Notes: generated from the letters alone by a model not told the origin. A stretch of 64,000 bases of DNA from Psammoneis japonica (GCA_008632985.1 QPGO01000045.1:1-64000); one strand, 5' to 3'; shown: positions 12,703 through 26,733, counted from the first letter of the stretch. A program made the numbers and translations.

Positions 12703-15700
12703 TTATCTATTCTGAAGCGCTAGGCGTTCCTGCCGCCGTCGCAAGGCTTCTTGGCGATTGGCTTCAATCATCCTCTTTTGCTCGTCAGTGAGAATCCTTT
12801 TAGCCTTCTGCGGTGCGTCATTAGCGCGAGGATCATCATTTTCATTATTCACTCGCCGGTTTGGCTTCGCTTTTGGATTCTGATTCGACGAGTCAGAAGA
12901 AGCCGATTCGGCGTGCTCTACTACACTTTGTGACACACCATGTGCTTCGGGTACCGTTTCATTTTGTCTTTGAGAACAATCTTTACCGACCTGGTGGAAA
13001 AACTGCTCGATTTCCTCAGCACGACCGCCATTCCTGTGATGCTCCAGGACACTGCGTATGAAATGCATATTACCTAGTCCTTTCTGTGAAGAAGGTGCAG
13101 AAATCGGGGTCTCTTCATCCCAAGTTTGCAGATTCTCGCCATATGGCTTTCTTCTTTTTCGATTGAGAACAGGCGTCGCCCACATCGCCTTGCGATGTGC
13201 ATCAATGTCGACATGTCTGTGTATCGTGGTAGCTTCTGGCGAACCATCTTCATCGACGCGGGCGAGTGAGTCTTGTGTATAACCAAGCTGTGACGAATCA
13301 TTGATGAACGATGCGTGAGACATTGCTTCTTCCTCTTCTATTCGGAGCGCTTCGCGATCTTCTACATTGTCTCCATCTTCATCGGAACTGACGTCAGCTT
13401 CGCTGTCAATAAACTTGCAGCTATGCATCGCTTTCTTCCTCTCTTCTATGCGCTTTGTCATGCGTCGCCGTTTCACCTCTCTCTGATCACATTCGTCCTC
13501 AACGTTCGATTCTCCAGCAGTGCCAATGGGCTCACTTTGAACCTTCTTTCGCAATCGACGCCGCTTGTTTTCATTAGCAACACTTGGAGTGTCTTCCAAA
13601 CCGACCGAGTTGCGAATTGACTCTCTCCCAAGCTTTCCTGCGTTACTACGGTCGCCGCTCGACGCAAAGAAAACGCATCTGGGCAGTTTATAATCAGAAC
13701 CTATCTTCATACCACTTTGCTTTAAAAGGTCTTTCGCGGCTTGGGAATCCTTGTCACAAAATAGAAGTCGTAACGGAGGGCAGTCTTTCGCCTCAATCTG
13801 GACAAGATACCCATGATGTCCTCGAAAGCCCTCTCTTTGCACGGCACAGTAAGGGTGGGCGGCTCTGTCGCAACCTTCGGCGGCGCAGGGAACAGCCCCC
13901 CTTGACTCACAGTAAGTGCAAACCAAGGCCACATCTCCGCCGGCCCACCTCGTACAGAGCGGGTGAGCCCAAAGCTCCTGGTTCTTTCTCAGGGGGCCGT
14001 CTTTTTCGGAACAAACGCTACAGCTTACCTGAAAAGGCGGAGCAGACAAATGTGTCCGTCGGCGTTCGTGTTCTACCTCGCAAGTGTCACACCTCCAGCT
14101 CTCTACATCGTCCAACGATTTGGTGATACCATAACAAGACATATGAACAGCAAGCTTGCAGCTGTAGTCGTTTTCCGGACCGTCGCAGAGAACAATTGGG
14201 TCGTGGTCTGGGCTATGACCAGAACAGCATACAGCACAAACAATATCATCGACGTTGACTTGAGAAAGTGATCCACGGCCCATTGCTTCAATGGAAGTTT
14301 TCGCTTCATCCGGGGTATCCGCCAAGTTGGTGCCATCATCTTCCGGAATGGGAGTTTCCACAACGTGCCCCGTCCTGTTTGTCTCGGACTCGGCCGGTGA
14401 CGGTGTGTCGGCTAGCATATCGATTGGATTCACCGGTTCATTCCTAAGCGAAGAGGCGACGCTGCCCGCATCCTCAAAGCTCTCTTGGGACATTAGAACG
14501 TGTCTCTGTCTCTTTCCGCACTTTTTCAACAAAGGTGCATTGGCTGGCTTCTCCTCACTCGTGCCAATAGTACCACCTACACAAATCTCAGCCTCGGCTA
14601 CATTCTCAATCGCGTCATTGGGAAAAGATGATGAAGCCTTCTGCGAATCGAACACACCGACTCTATTTGAGAGCTCGGTGCGATCGTTGAGCGCGCCAAT
14701 TGGCGCCTCGTCCTCTAATACAGATGATTGCTTACATTGTAATGTACCTCCATTGCTAGTTGACGTCAGAGGGCGGACAGGGACACCAGAGAGTTCTTCA
14801 GAAGCTGTGCGGGGAGGCCCATCTATTTCGAATGTACAATTTCCGTTCGAACGCTGATCGGTCCTGTCAGCGACCACGCCACCGGCTGAATCATTCGAAG
14901 TAGACTCGAGGCTACTCTCATCCGACGAAGACGATTCCTGAGTTGGCAAGACCATACTCTGAGCATCCGTTGGAGCGTCTGGACGTGTTTCATTCCCTGC
15001 GTGTCCCTTTGATTCTACGTTTTCTAAATTGTTCGGTGTAACGTTGAAGCGATCAACCGGCGTCGAATGTTGATTATTCGTTTCTTGTCTTGGGAAATGC
15101 GAACCAGCTAGAGCTTGCCTTTGTTGCCTTGGCTGTACTGACTTCAAATTGACACTGCCAGTGTCATGTTCGTCGCCTCCCGTAACATGCTTTACGCGAA
15201 TACCATTGCGGCTGTCCAAATCATAAACATCCTCGTTATCGCTGCAGGACGATCCTGAAGAGGAGTCCGACGAATCAGATGGCGTCGGCAAACAAAAGCC
15301 TCCATCGTTGTCATCACTATCGGCGCTAGCACAGTTAGCTTCGTTTGAGAAAACGATTTCATTTGGAATGGAGCCTCCGTCTTTGGCCTTCTTACCACTG
15401 CACAGCGCGTCTGGAGGCTCCGCGTTAGTTGACGCCACGACATTTTTCACGTTTGTTCTTTCGGCTTCTTTCGCGGGGGCGTCTTTTTTGCCACTGAAGC
15501 CAGCTGCAGTTGAACCAGAACCGTCGCCAGATCTTGTGTTTTCGATAGGCGCCACGAATAACGGCTTGATACTCGAAGCGGCGACATTACAATCGCGACT
15601 CACCGTGTGTTCCGCGACGTCATTCCCAGTGGGTGGATTGCAGGTGTCAGCAGCATTTGGAAAAACGGGATCGTCATTGGATCTCCCCTTCTCACTATGC

Positions 15701-18700
15701 TCAGCTAGAGGCCGTCCAACGTTGACAGCTTCATTTCTCTCATTGCGTTCGTCCGTGCCTTGTTGCAACGCGACATCTCGATTGGCGTGAAAGTCGACGA
15801 CGCTATCATCATTCAATTCTCCACTAAATCCGAAACTACTTGAGTCTAGTTCAAAGCCTTTGCTATCCCGCACAATCGGTCTGTCCTCGTCATCATCTCG
15901 AGGGACCTTCTCCACAGGGAATAGCACGCCAAAGAGTTCCTTCTCGCTGAGTGTAGCTCCGTCAAGTCCATTTAGCTTTCTGTTGTATGCACGTATTAGA
16001 CTGCTTCGTGATGAAGTGGGGGTGGCAGCAGTACTAGACCACAGCTTATCCAATTCTTTCACTATTGCACCTGTAATACCGAGATGCTTGGTCGCACTCT
16101 TCTCTCGCCGCGGCCGCGACGGCCTTCGAGTCCTCGCGCGAACTATGATACGCTGTAAAGCTCTTGGAAATCGGCAAGTTTCTCGGCCCTTGTCATCAGA
16201 TATCAAATCGACATTACCAAACAAATCCCATCTTTCCTGCTCTTGATCTTCCGTCAACCTCCAAGCGTCCACGTCGACAACTGCGTCCGTTTTGTTTGAT
16301 ACAGGTCGAGATCGTTCGGGTCGCTCGTGACCGCCAACTTGGGACAAATGAAAAGTCGACTGAATAGTCATTTCTGTCTGAAGAAGAGTGGGGTTCTGAG
16401 GAAACAGTGGTTGGTTCCGAGTCACCTTGAATTTTGCTGGATTCTTGAGAGCACGTCCCAATGTCTTCTCTGCGAGCTTGGAGGCGTTTAGAGTCCGTTC
16501 CTCCTGTCCCTCCGAGACTAGACAGACAACCCTGCCATCTCGTTTTCGACCCGTACGTCCAACGCGTTGAATCATTCGTATCGGCGATCGCAACGTGTCA
16601 AAGTTGACAATCTACAAAGATGATCCAATCGAAGGTTAGCCACAAGCGTGAAGTGCGATTAGAACCCACAACAAACAAAAGGGCTTACCAAATCCACCTC
16701 TCCAATATCTAATCCCTCTTCTCCGATACAGGTGCACACAAGCACATTAAACTTGCCATCTCGGAATTCTCGAATCACCTGCTGTTGCTCCTTTTGCTTC
16801 ATGCCGGCCATTGACGCAACAGCGCCAGAGTTTTCTGCTTGTTTCTTGTTTCCGCGTGAACCCGTAGTTTTGCCTTGACCCACAAAGTGACGCGGGCGAA
16901 GCAACGGGCTCGATGGAAGCAGAACCCTGACAATTTCTTCCACCGAATCACGCCACTGCGAAAACACAATAGCGCGAGAAGATTCATTACATGCGCGAGC
17001 ACGCTCGAAGTGCTCCACAAGGATTTCGTCGAGCTTCATGAGCTTTGGGTTATTGAGTTTGATATTTTCTGCTGATTCCTCGCTGCTGTGCCTGACATCA
17101 TTCGGATCCTGAGATGCGTCCATCACGGCACTCCAGAGTTCCTCAAAACTCTTACTGTCGACAACCTTGGAATAGCGCCCCCTTCTACAATCGTGTTCAT
17201 TGCGAGATAGCTTCTGCCGGACTATACCAACACCATGATTTCGAAGGTCGCTACGCATCTGAACAAACTGGTGCGCAACCACAAAATAGAGCTGTATAAA
17301 CCCCTGGGAATGGGGCAATTTCTTGTACTCCTCCAAGCCCTTGATGAGACTCCACGCTGACAAGGTCGCGTTTCCACCCTGTAGCAATCGCGATCCACAA
17401 TTTTCTCGAATCCGGTCCAATATCGGAGAAAGTAGATTGCTAAAGAGCCGCTCAATTGTCGTGACAGCACTGCCCTGCTTCACCACAACAATCTCGTATC
17501 GACGCTCATGAATGTACTTTTTGACGCTTGGGTCGTCCTCTAGCCGTGCCTCAATTTTACTGATCTTGAGAGTCTCCACCACTTGTTGGATGGATTTTAT
17601 GTCGGTTCCGGGGGTCTACTCGAGACGATCGAGTCAACCCAGCAGCAACAAAAAAAAGAAAGAAAGAAAACAGCAATTAGAAAAAGAATTGTCACTGTCA
17701 TGTACATCCCGCAACTATGTCACTTACGGCACTGAGTCCCAAGACACGAAATTTACCACCTGCCGCATCTATCTGATCAACAACCTTGGTGTATGCATAT
17801 TCACCGGTCGCCTTGTGAGCTTCGTCCAAGACTAAACACACAATCGTTTTTGAGTTGCACCGCCCGTTCTCCATATCTTTTTGTACCGTCTGCGGAGTAC
17901 AAAAAAAGACTCGCCGTTCATCCCAGTATCGCTTTCGTTCATTTGCACCAACCTTTCCCGTAAGCACCGCAGTATGCTCCGCTGGAATCCCCATAATGTT
18001 GTAGCACGCCTTGACTTGCTGATTGACCAAGGGCAGCGTGGGCGCCAGAAACACCACCTTGCCTTCCGGGAACCATCTGTAAAAGTTGTACAAGACAACA
18101 GCAGCAATAAGGGTCTTTCCCAGGCCCGTTGGTAAGGACACGAGAGTGTTGTGCATTATAGCTGTTTTTGAAATCTCCAATTGATAGTCTCGTACTGGGA
18201 AATCCTTGTTGACAGGGTAAATCCACACTGCAGCAGCTTCCTTATCGAGTGGAACAGGTCCCGGTTCATAGGGAAGGACGGCAGGTTTGTAAGCTGCAAT
18301 CGTAAAGGGATTCGTTTTTGGTTCTCTTGGTGGGCCAACCGGCTTTGGTGTTGCTGTTGGTGGTCGGTTCGGAACTCTCGTTTCAGGGGCGGTCCGATGA
18401 ACAGAACGGGCAGTGCTGAGCGTTGAGACAGACGGTTGTTGTTGGAAAGCTCCTCCAGCAAGAGCGGGTCTCTGTGGTTGCAAAAGTAGATGGCTCGAAT
18501 CTTGTGCTCTTGTAGCGGAGTTTTGGTTGGGCCACGTCGCCGCAGTGTTGATGTTGTTCTTGTTGTTTGTATGCTGCATTGGTGGTGGGTTTGACCTATT
18601 CGACGACGACAACGACGGGTTCGGGTGTCTTTGAATATCAAGCTGTGTACCTGAAGTCTGTTGCTGTCGTCGTTTTGATACTGAAGCGTGATAAATTTGG

Positions 18701-19116
18701 CTGTTAAGTTGCTGTGGTTGATGCGGTACGTTTGCTGCGGGTGCCGAAGCGTTCGAGACCTGACCGGCAGGTGGATGCGATTGTATTTGACTTTGTGGCT
18801 GTCGTGGCCGTGCATATGGATTACGAATAGGTTGATTCCTCCCCGATGACGCTATTCGGGAGGTTAGTGCGCGTTGAGGCTGAGGCTGTTGGACGGCAAC
18901 GATTTGCACTTCTTCTTCTTCTGCTGCTGGCTGCTGTTGAGCGCTGCCAGTGCTGAGACTTGTCCGTGTGTTGTCAGTGTTTGTTTTCAACGTTTTTCCC
19001 ATGACAAAGTCCCGCATCTGCTCTCGACTGACTCGGAGCTCATCACACATGACACATCGAGGTGAGGGATAATTGTGGTAATATGAACATCGTGAGCAAC
19101 TCCATCCGTTCGTCAT
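12703..19116 (-). CDS. FANCM: FANCM/Mph1 DEAH helicase with N-terminal RanBP2-type zinc finger and C-terminal PHD-type fingers
   Basis: VRDYQ, LPTGLGKT, DEAHKA, LGLSA(TPG), IGEEGLDIGEVDL, RMIQRVGRTGRKRDG over three ORF segments (introns near 17.6-17.7 kb and 16.6-16.7 kb); WSCSRC..N...CVMC; CAVC...IVLCDG..C...VH..CYG...WRCDTC. Confidence 0.9.
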
Positions 19117-19207
19117 GGTCGCCGCAACAAAAACTTCATGCCCACATGCGACAAGCAACATCAAGCAGCAAGCATGATGGCGGAAGGCGCAAAGACGAAA
19201 GCAGCTC

Positions 19208-19229
19208 GCGCGAAAAATTGGCGCGCCAA
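19208..19229. promoter_or_regulatory. Clustered E2F-like sites upstream of FANCM
   Basis: GCGCGAAA (TTTCGCGC on minus) at 19208-19215 and palindrome TTGGCGCGCCAA at 19218-19229, about 90 bp upstream of the ATG. Confidence 0.45.
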
Positions 19230-19454
19230 CTAGGATACTGAAACTCAACGTAGGTTCCACATACTGATTTCTTAGTATTGACCAACGCGTGACGTCGACG
19301 ACCTTGTCCACATAAGAAATGTATTCGTTCATGAAGGTTAAAAATGTTCACTTTTCTGTGTTCGCTGAAACCACGCATGCACGCTCTCACATTTTGTTCA
19401 GCAAATAAACGGCCATGATGTCAAGTCGGTGTCAATGACGGAAGACGGAAGACG

Positions 19455-20585
19455 ATGACAGTTAGGCGAGGTCTTTGGTTTCTGCTGCTTGTGCAATGTG
19501 CATTCACCAGGACAGAACAATTGCAAAGAGGCAAAGAGATTGTTGGAGTCGTCAGCTCCAGCGAACTGTACCAAGCATATCAAGAAATAAAACAAGAATA
19601 CCAAGAAAAAGCATTCAGACCTTCCAATGCCAAAGATTGGAAAGTTCTTCATCGAAGCGGCGATGGCATTGAAATTTCAATGATGAAACACCCATCGGAT
19701 CCGTCATGTCCCTATGTACGAATGAAAGCTAAGATGCCAACTCCCATTCGCGATTGTTGGCAGTTCCTATCGTTGACTAATTGGGACCGGACCATGCCCA
19801 AGATGGATCCTTTCTACGAGGGACTTTCTGTCTTTGGTGAATACAGAGAAGGTCCCGTTCATATGCTGTTGGCTAGAAAACGGACTAAGCGCGTGTTTGG
19901 TTTTGGAAAACGAGATTTTTGTTTTGTCTCTGTCTCGGACGTACCGCAACCTGATGGGACTTGGATTTCGGGAACAGTGTCCGTCAGAACAGATCAAGTA
20001 CCTCGACGTCCAGGATATACACGAGCCTACCAAGATAGCATTGCTTTCTACAAACCCGTCGACAACGGAAAGAAGACTCAAATCACAATAGTGTTTCGTA
20101 TCGACATGAATGATTCAACACCAGACGGAGAAGGTGGCTTCATGCCAATGTGGATCTATGTCAAAAACATTGGAAAGATCGGTGCACAATCTGTAAAGAG
20201 TATGCAAAAGTGCCTAGATGAAGAATTGAAGGAAAAGGATTCCATGGCTGCCGCATCAGAGACTTCAAAAGGCGTTGTTCTTTTTCCTTGGCGACCGAAA
20301 CCAATGATTTCTACTGGTGAGCCAGTCTTTGAAAGGGAAGACCTTGCAGATGCGGATGCTTTGGGCATTGACAAAAAGGGAAAGCCGCCACTCTTTGTGT
20401 TTCCGTGGGGAAAGGCGGGCGATACAGACAGCGCAGAAAAAGGAAATCAGCAGCACAAACAGATGCGACGGAATCCATTTCTTCCGCGAAGAAAGCCGAA
20501 AGAAACGGAGTCGCAGTCACGAGGAGGAACTCATACGACATTCCCATGGAAAACACCGTGGAAAAACGCCAAAGTATCTCCTTAG
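19455..20585 (+). CDS. START/SRPBCC-domain lipid-binding protein with signal peptide
   Basis: 376-aa ORF; W..L....G..I, WD..M.K.D, KRDFCFV, G.TRA...G.MP.W pattern of START domains. Confidence 0.7.
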   Translation: MTVRRGLWFLLLVQCAFTRTEQLQRGKEIVGVVSSSELYQAYQEIKQEYQEKAFRPSNAKDWKVLHRSGDGIEISMMKHPSDPSCPYVRMKAKMPTPIRDCWQFLSLTNWDRTMPKMDPFYEGLSVFGEYREGPVHMLLARKRTKRVFGFGKRDFCFVSVSDVPQPDGTWISGTVSVRTDQVPRRPGYTRAYQDSIAFYKPVDNGKKTQITIVFRIDMNDSTPDGEGGFMPMWIYVKNIGKIGAQSVKSMQKCLDEELKEKDSMAAASETSKGVVLFPWRPKPMISTGEPVFEREDLADADALGIDKKGKPPLFVFPWGKAGDTDSAEKGNQQHKQMRRNPFLPRRKPKETESQSRGGTHTTFPWKTPWKNAKVSP

Positions 20586-20630
20586 CTCTTGTACTTGGAT
20601 GATACCTCTTGGTGTGGAGTACTACGTGAA

Positions 20631-21882
20631 TCACGGAGCACCCGGCTTTGACGGAAAGACAGGCATGCGCTGCATTGATACGGGCAGCGGCGTCTCTTTG
20701 AAGTATGCAGATTCTAGTGCTCTTGAAGCTGTACATCGTTTGTTGAAGTCGTATGCGAGGAGGTCTTTTAGAAGAGTCAAACCCGCTGTGGACAAGTGCT
20801 GAAACCTGTCGAGAAGTGACTTTCCCGGTTCGAGTCGCCGACCCTTGGGAGTTGCAAAGGTACCGTCCCGAATCAACGGCATCTGAGAAAATTCCTGAAG
20901 AAAAAGAAGACACAAAACGTTTTCGCTAGTTAGTTTCAAGAATCATAGCATCCTTGACTATTTGCCAAAAAGCAAACAAAACAACACGTACGGGCCACTC
21001 TTGCTCGGTTGGAGGACCTAAAAGCTGATACGTCTGGTTTAGCTGATCTTTCTCGTCTTTCCCGTGCAACAACGGCTTTCCGGTCAATAGCTCTCCAAAA
21101 ACACATCCTACTCCCCAATTGTCGATACTCTTGTCATACCGAGCTGAGCCCAGCAAAATTTCGGGCGGTCTGTACCATAGGGAAACAACCTTGCCAGTCA
21201 ACGGTTGCAAATTCTCTTCCTCTATTTCTTGATCAATTTGACGAGCATAAGAAAGTTTTCTTGCTAGTCCAAAGTCTGCTAGCTTTAATCGACCCTTGGA
21301 ATACAGCAGATTCGATAATTTCAAATCACGGTGGACAAAGTGCCGACGATGCATGTAGTTGAGGGCGTCCAAGAGTTGCATCACCAATTGTTTTACTTCC
21401 GCGTGAGTAAACGGTGATTTTTTATGGTCCGCATAGTGAGAGTCGACCAAGTAAGCTAGATCGTGTTGACAGAATTCAAATACTAAAAACACACCCTTGT
21501 TGGAAACCGCGACATGATGAAGCTGAACAATCGACGGATGAACCAGCGTCTTGAGCGATGATATTTCTCGTAGAGTTGTCAGTGAAAAACCATCACTGGC
21601 TTCGTGATGCGGTAGGCATCGTTTCAGTGCTACAATCTCTTGCGTCTTGTTATCTCGTGCCTTGTAAACAATCCCATAGGTACCCTCTCCAATCCTCCCC
21701 AGTTTTGTGTATCGTTCGCCGACCGAAATACATCGACCTGGGCTCGTTCTACTCGGCGTAGTGTCATTGTCGTCTGTCTTGGCCTTTTTGAACTCAATCA
21801 CGCGATCGCCTGTTCCTCTTGCTTCTTCTTCCAATAAATCATCAGCCGGATCCCGCTTTGCGCTTTCCTTTAACGACGCCAT
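20631..21882 (-). CDS. Cyclin-dependent kinase, CDK10/CDK11-like
   Basis: IGEGTYGIVYKA, DGFSLTTLREI, HRDLKLSNLL, LADFGLAR, VVSLWYRPPE; intron about 20897-20990. Confidence 0.9.
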
Positions 21883-22263
21883 GGTGTTCAAACGAACACA
21901 ACTTGAAACTGTACACGGTACTGTAGCGACTAGTAGAGCCGCGATTTCTTCGACTACACTACGATACAAACCTCCGGGTGCCTTATTTGGCACTGCAAAA
22001 AGCATTGCAAGCCTCCATGACCGACGGCCGACAAGAGTTTGAAGAAAACGCCACTGTACATACCCGCTGTGCTGAACAAGCTCCAACTGTCAGCTCTTTT
22101 TTTGTTAAAGGGTCTAGAGTATAGAGTGGTCGAACTCTATATTTTCAAAAGGGAAAGAATAAGTTCGATTGAGAACTTCTCAAGTCGGAACGGTGCTTAT
22201 TCGTTATTCGCCTCAGTGATTCGTGTTGAACAAAAAAAAAAAAGACCGAAGAATTTCGAGTCC

Positions 22264-22751
22264 ATGTTTTCAAAGAATAACGGCAGTAAATACAGTCAGC
22301 TGCCATTGCACGAATTCAGCGATGATAGCAGTGACGAAGGCGAAAATGACTTTGTGCAACGGAGTATCAACACACAGCAGGTATGTTTTCATAGCGCGTC
22401 TTTCACGATTTGGCATTGATTGTTGCTGACTCGCAACTGGTTCTCGGCTTGTTGTTATTTCTTTTGTAGCAAATGTTGAAACAACAAGATGAGGGTTTGG
22501 AAATGCTGAGTCAATCAGCACATCGCTTGACACAAATGTCTCTGAATATTCACGACGAATTGGGACAGCAAAACCAAATGCTAGACGAAATGGAAGAAGA
22601 CTTGGAAACGGCGACCAACAATCTTGATATGCTGACACAAAAAACAAAAGAACTAGTCAAACAAATGGGAGGGAGACAGAATTGTATTATTATTTGTGTC
22701 TTGACGTTGGTGGCGATAGTATTGTTCTTTTTGATTATATACTTCCCATGA
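22264..22751 (+). CDS. Qc-SNARE (syntaxin 6/8-like)
   Basis: QQDEGLEML...IHDELGQQNQMLD SNARE heptads plus C-terminal TM helix; intron 22381-22469. Confidence 0.85.
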
Positions 22752-22881
22752 CAGGACTCACGAGGGGTGTTAAAGGAGTTAAACTTTTATAGAGAGACTT
22801 GAAAACAACATCGTCTAAATTATCGCGATCCACCGCCCCAATGATTTGATCCCTACTGTACGAAAAGCCCACCCAGTTTCA

Positions 22882-25800
22882 TCACTCTTCCTCCTCCTCT
22901 TGGTCGGCCCCCCCCTCTTGAAATTGGCTCAAGGCCGCTAACGTTGGGCCAGCAACATGAACTTCCGCACGTTTCTCGTCCTCCATTAAAGTCGGAGCCA
23001 AGTCCTTAACATGACGCATCGTGGGCCGGCCGTGAGGACAATTCCATGGACTCTCCACCCCCGCAAGCTTCTTAACAATCGCATCCATTTCTCGTTGTGA
23101 CAACGCAGTTCCTATCATGATGCTTCCCCTGCAAGCTCTGCTGGCAAACATGGCGATTGCTTTAGGTAGACGCTTGATGATTTTCTTCGCGTTGCTATTC
23201 TCAGCGATACTGCCGCCGTTACTGCCTGCAGACGCCTTGTCTCGTTGTGAGAGGCCTCCCGCATATCGTCGCACCGCATTGTTGCCGTAGACACCACTTC
23301 CGTCAGCTCCGGTGCCATGTCCATCTCCACCAGCTCCATTCTCGGATGGATCATCTTCCTCTCCCAACATGGCACATAGTGCTCTTACATCTTCCTTACC
23401 AAACTGGACAGCCTTACGACCATCTGGAGCTCCACTATGTGGTAATGCGGTGAGAGCTAGACGATGTCGCGGCTCCTTCTCGCTATCGTACGAGAAACGG
23501 AACCCGTTCTCCTCAAAAATCTCCATGTGATCCAAAATACAGCTCTCTTCTGACGGAGAAAGCTCCAGCGGCATGGGAGCAATGAGCTTCTGTTCGTGAA
23601 TTTTGGTAGTAGCGCAAAGTCGTTCAAAACGCGCCTTTTCGTCACAGGCGTGCTGGTCAAGTATCCACAGATGGTTGTTTCGACAACGTGCCAAAATAAA
23701 GCCTAAGTTGAATTGTCCAATAATCTCCATGTCGGCAAAGTCAGACTTTGCAAAGCCAACAACGTCGTTGTCATGGGACGCAGCTCGTTCAGATACGTTG
23801 TCAACGTCAACTCGAGCGTCTGCCTCGATCTCGTTCGTGGGAGTCCTCAACTGGATATCTTTCTGAAGAGACCTCCTTTGTTCACGCATCGATAAACGTG
23901 CTGTCTTTGCCGCCTCCATCACCTGCTCCGCGCCAATGAAGGAATTCCAAACAACAGTCGTTCGTGCCGCCGCCGCTCCGGCATCTGACCCGGAACCGCG
24001 GCGTTGAAGTTTTCTTGGCCTTGCGGGGGAGTCCTCAGTCTCCTCGTCGGAACAATCCATAGCCCTTTCATCGCCATTGTCAACTTCGTTATGCGGTTTG
24101 GAGCTTCGCATAAGCACTACAGGAGCACCTTTACGTTGTTCTGACGAAAGACCTCTGCCAGCAGGCTCAGTGTTCGATTCCTCCGGAGTTACAAGCATAC
24201 TGGCGACACCGCCCAGATCAACGGTTTCAGTAGACTTTGGTGTGCCTCTTTCGGACGGTCTTGATTCTTTCGCGGGCCTTTCGTTGCCGATGGCAGCGTC
24301 CGCCTTGCGCTTTAGAACCGATGTTTGTTCCGTCCCGGACGTAAAAGCGAACTGTTCCAGACCACCGAGCAGGGGCCTGCTACGGGAAGAACTTGAGCCA
24401 TCTCGAGAGCGACTCGGGGCTTCCTTGGTGTGACCGATCGTTGATGGACCTGGTTGAGATCTTGAAGGTTCCTCAGACAATGCATTATCGGCTGTCGGGG
24501 GAGATGGGGGGTCGTCTTGCTTGTTCAATATGTTGATTTCTTCGGTTTGAGTTGTGCCGTCATCACGATTGATTCTGTTGAACTGCACTTGGGTTTGAGA
24601 CCAGTTAATCCGTTCTCGGTCGCTCGGCATATCCATACGAGGAACGCTCTCCACTGGTTCAACCTGGGTTATCGACATGGCCTGACTCTCATTAGAAGCT
24701 TCACAAGACGCAAGCGGGTTTGCATCCAACTCGATACCATGATCTGTACCTCCGATACTTCCTTCGCCATGAACCACAGTTCCTTGCAATGCCTCCATGC
24801 GATCACCTCCTTCATGCTGCATACAAGCTGTACTCAGATCATTGACAAAGGCCATTCTTCGCCTCGCACGCCGCCGACGTGGTGAGCCAGGACTCTCAGA
24901 TTGCGTTACGGCGGCTGCGTGCTGGGTGCTTTCCTGCGTCTGGCTTATCAATTCCACTTCATTCGCTGGGAAAGCCGCGTCGTTCATGCTCGACCATATC
25001 GACGTAACTGCCTCTCGAATTAGCTCACAGATACCAGCCTCGTCTCTCAGAAACACCTCACGCTTGTCCGGAGATAGATTGATATCGAAAGCATTGTTGG
25101 GAAGTGAAAAGCATAGAACACATGCAGGTCGCTTGGTGTTGGACCCTTCTAATGCTCTCCAAGCCTCGTTCAGAGCACGTGAAATTCGAGGCAACTCCAC
25201 CGGCCGATGATTGATGCTGAAGAACTGTAGATCCCGAGCAGGTGGTTCGTTTCTGCCAGCATTAGCTGGTGACTTTGATACAAGGCCCTCCACTTTCCAT
25301 TGGTTGTCTGAAATGCCATCTCCGCCAACGACGGCAGTCAAGTCTACCGACAAGCGAGTCACGCCTCTCAAGAAGCGACTTCCCAAGGCAGACGAAACCG
25401 TGTGCTCCAGAGTTATGCTGCCTGAACTTGTTGCCAGGATTTTAGACTCTCGGTTTCCAGGACCAATAATGTCCATGAGATTGAATCGTACCCCAGTGCA
25501 AAGTACCGCATCTGTTTCGGGAACGCTTAGCGAGGTCAGTAACTACCTTAAACATCGCAATAGGGAACAAGATAGGTTTCTTCTCGATACTTACACCCTT
25601 GCATCATCTTTAGCATTTTGCTGCGCTGTTTCTTAATTCTCTTGATCATATCTGCTTTTCTTACCGGCAGGGCATCGAAAAGACCTACAACCGCAACGGT
25701 GGTTCCAATCTTTCGTGGCACTTGACACACGCTCTCTGGATCTAAGTACCCATCACGACCAAAGGCAAGCCGTTGTCCCAACTCGTCAAAAGCTGTCCGA

Positions 25801-26247
25801 GTACTGACCAAGAGTTCTTGAGAAATATTAGCTAAACAAAACAGCGCTTCTCCCCGAAACCCCAGAGTATTAGCATGGCTGTAAATGTCTTCAAAGTTAC
25901 GAATCTTTGAGGTTGCATTCTTAATAGCGACATAGGGTCTTGACTCTAGCGGTATCCCTCTACCATCGTCCGAGACCTCCAATATTTTAGTACCAGAGTC
26001 CCACAGTCGAACTTTCATAGAAATGAACAAATAACTATGAGTGATTATTCAGCAAAGTTGTACTTCAGGAACGAGAATTCTCGTGCTTACTATTGATACA
26101 AGTGGCACCCGCGTCAAGCGCATTGTCCACTAGCTCTTTCACCGCGCTGGCTAAATCAGTAACAGCTTGACCTGCTGTTAGCCGACGAATGGAACTAGTT
26201 TCCATGGGAGCGATGGTTTGACGCTGTGTTTCACCGTCATGTTGCAT
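22882..26247 (-). CDS. PMS2: Mismatch repair endonuclease PMS2 (MutL homolog)
   Basis: VKELVDNALDAGA, DDGRGI, TLGFRGEAL, GQFNLGFI, DQHACDEK, ACR, NCPHGRPTMRH; two short introns near 26.0-26.1 kb and 25.5-25.6 kb. Confidence 0.93.
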
Positions 26248-26683
26248 GATGACTCTCTCTCTCCTTTCGAAATATGATATGTCACTTTCACTTGGTCGCT
26301 CGTCAAAGTGATACTCAGAAGACGAGAACGCAATCAACGAAGCAATGACCTCAACAAGGTGTCGGATGCAGTGAACAGTCTGTCTCGCTCTGAGTTGGAT
26401 TGGAAGGCTTGATGTGGCACGCGACGTGAACAATTGCCCTTTCGCTTTCAGCTGAAACGTGAACGGCTTCGTCGTCAACCTACCAAATTAATTCAAAAAT
26501 TTCATACAAGTATTCAGTCAATAAAGTTATATGACTTTTACTATCAAAATTGAATAAATGCTGAATAATAATAAATGAGAATTATTGTAGAAGCTGAATG
26601 AAAAAAAGACAAATTGGTATTTAACGGTATCAGATTTTTCGTAGGGATAGTATGACATATTCAAGTCATGAAACGCCAAGGGC

Positions 26684-26733
26684 GCGCCAAAAAGTTCGAA
26701 GGGACAGTTTTCGCGCCACAAACTTGGCGGGAC
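26684..26733. promoter_or_regulatory. E2F-like sites upstream of PMS2
   Basis: GCGCCAAA (26684), TTTCGCGC (26709) and TTGGCGGGA (26724) next to an AT-rich patch. Confidence 0.35.

Noticed and set aside
12703..26247. FANCM and PMS2 as a gene cluster causing the hypermutation
   Set aside because: Ordinary conserved eukaryotic genes among unrelated housekeeping genes; proximity is not evidence of a causal role.
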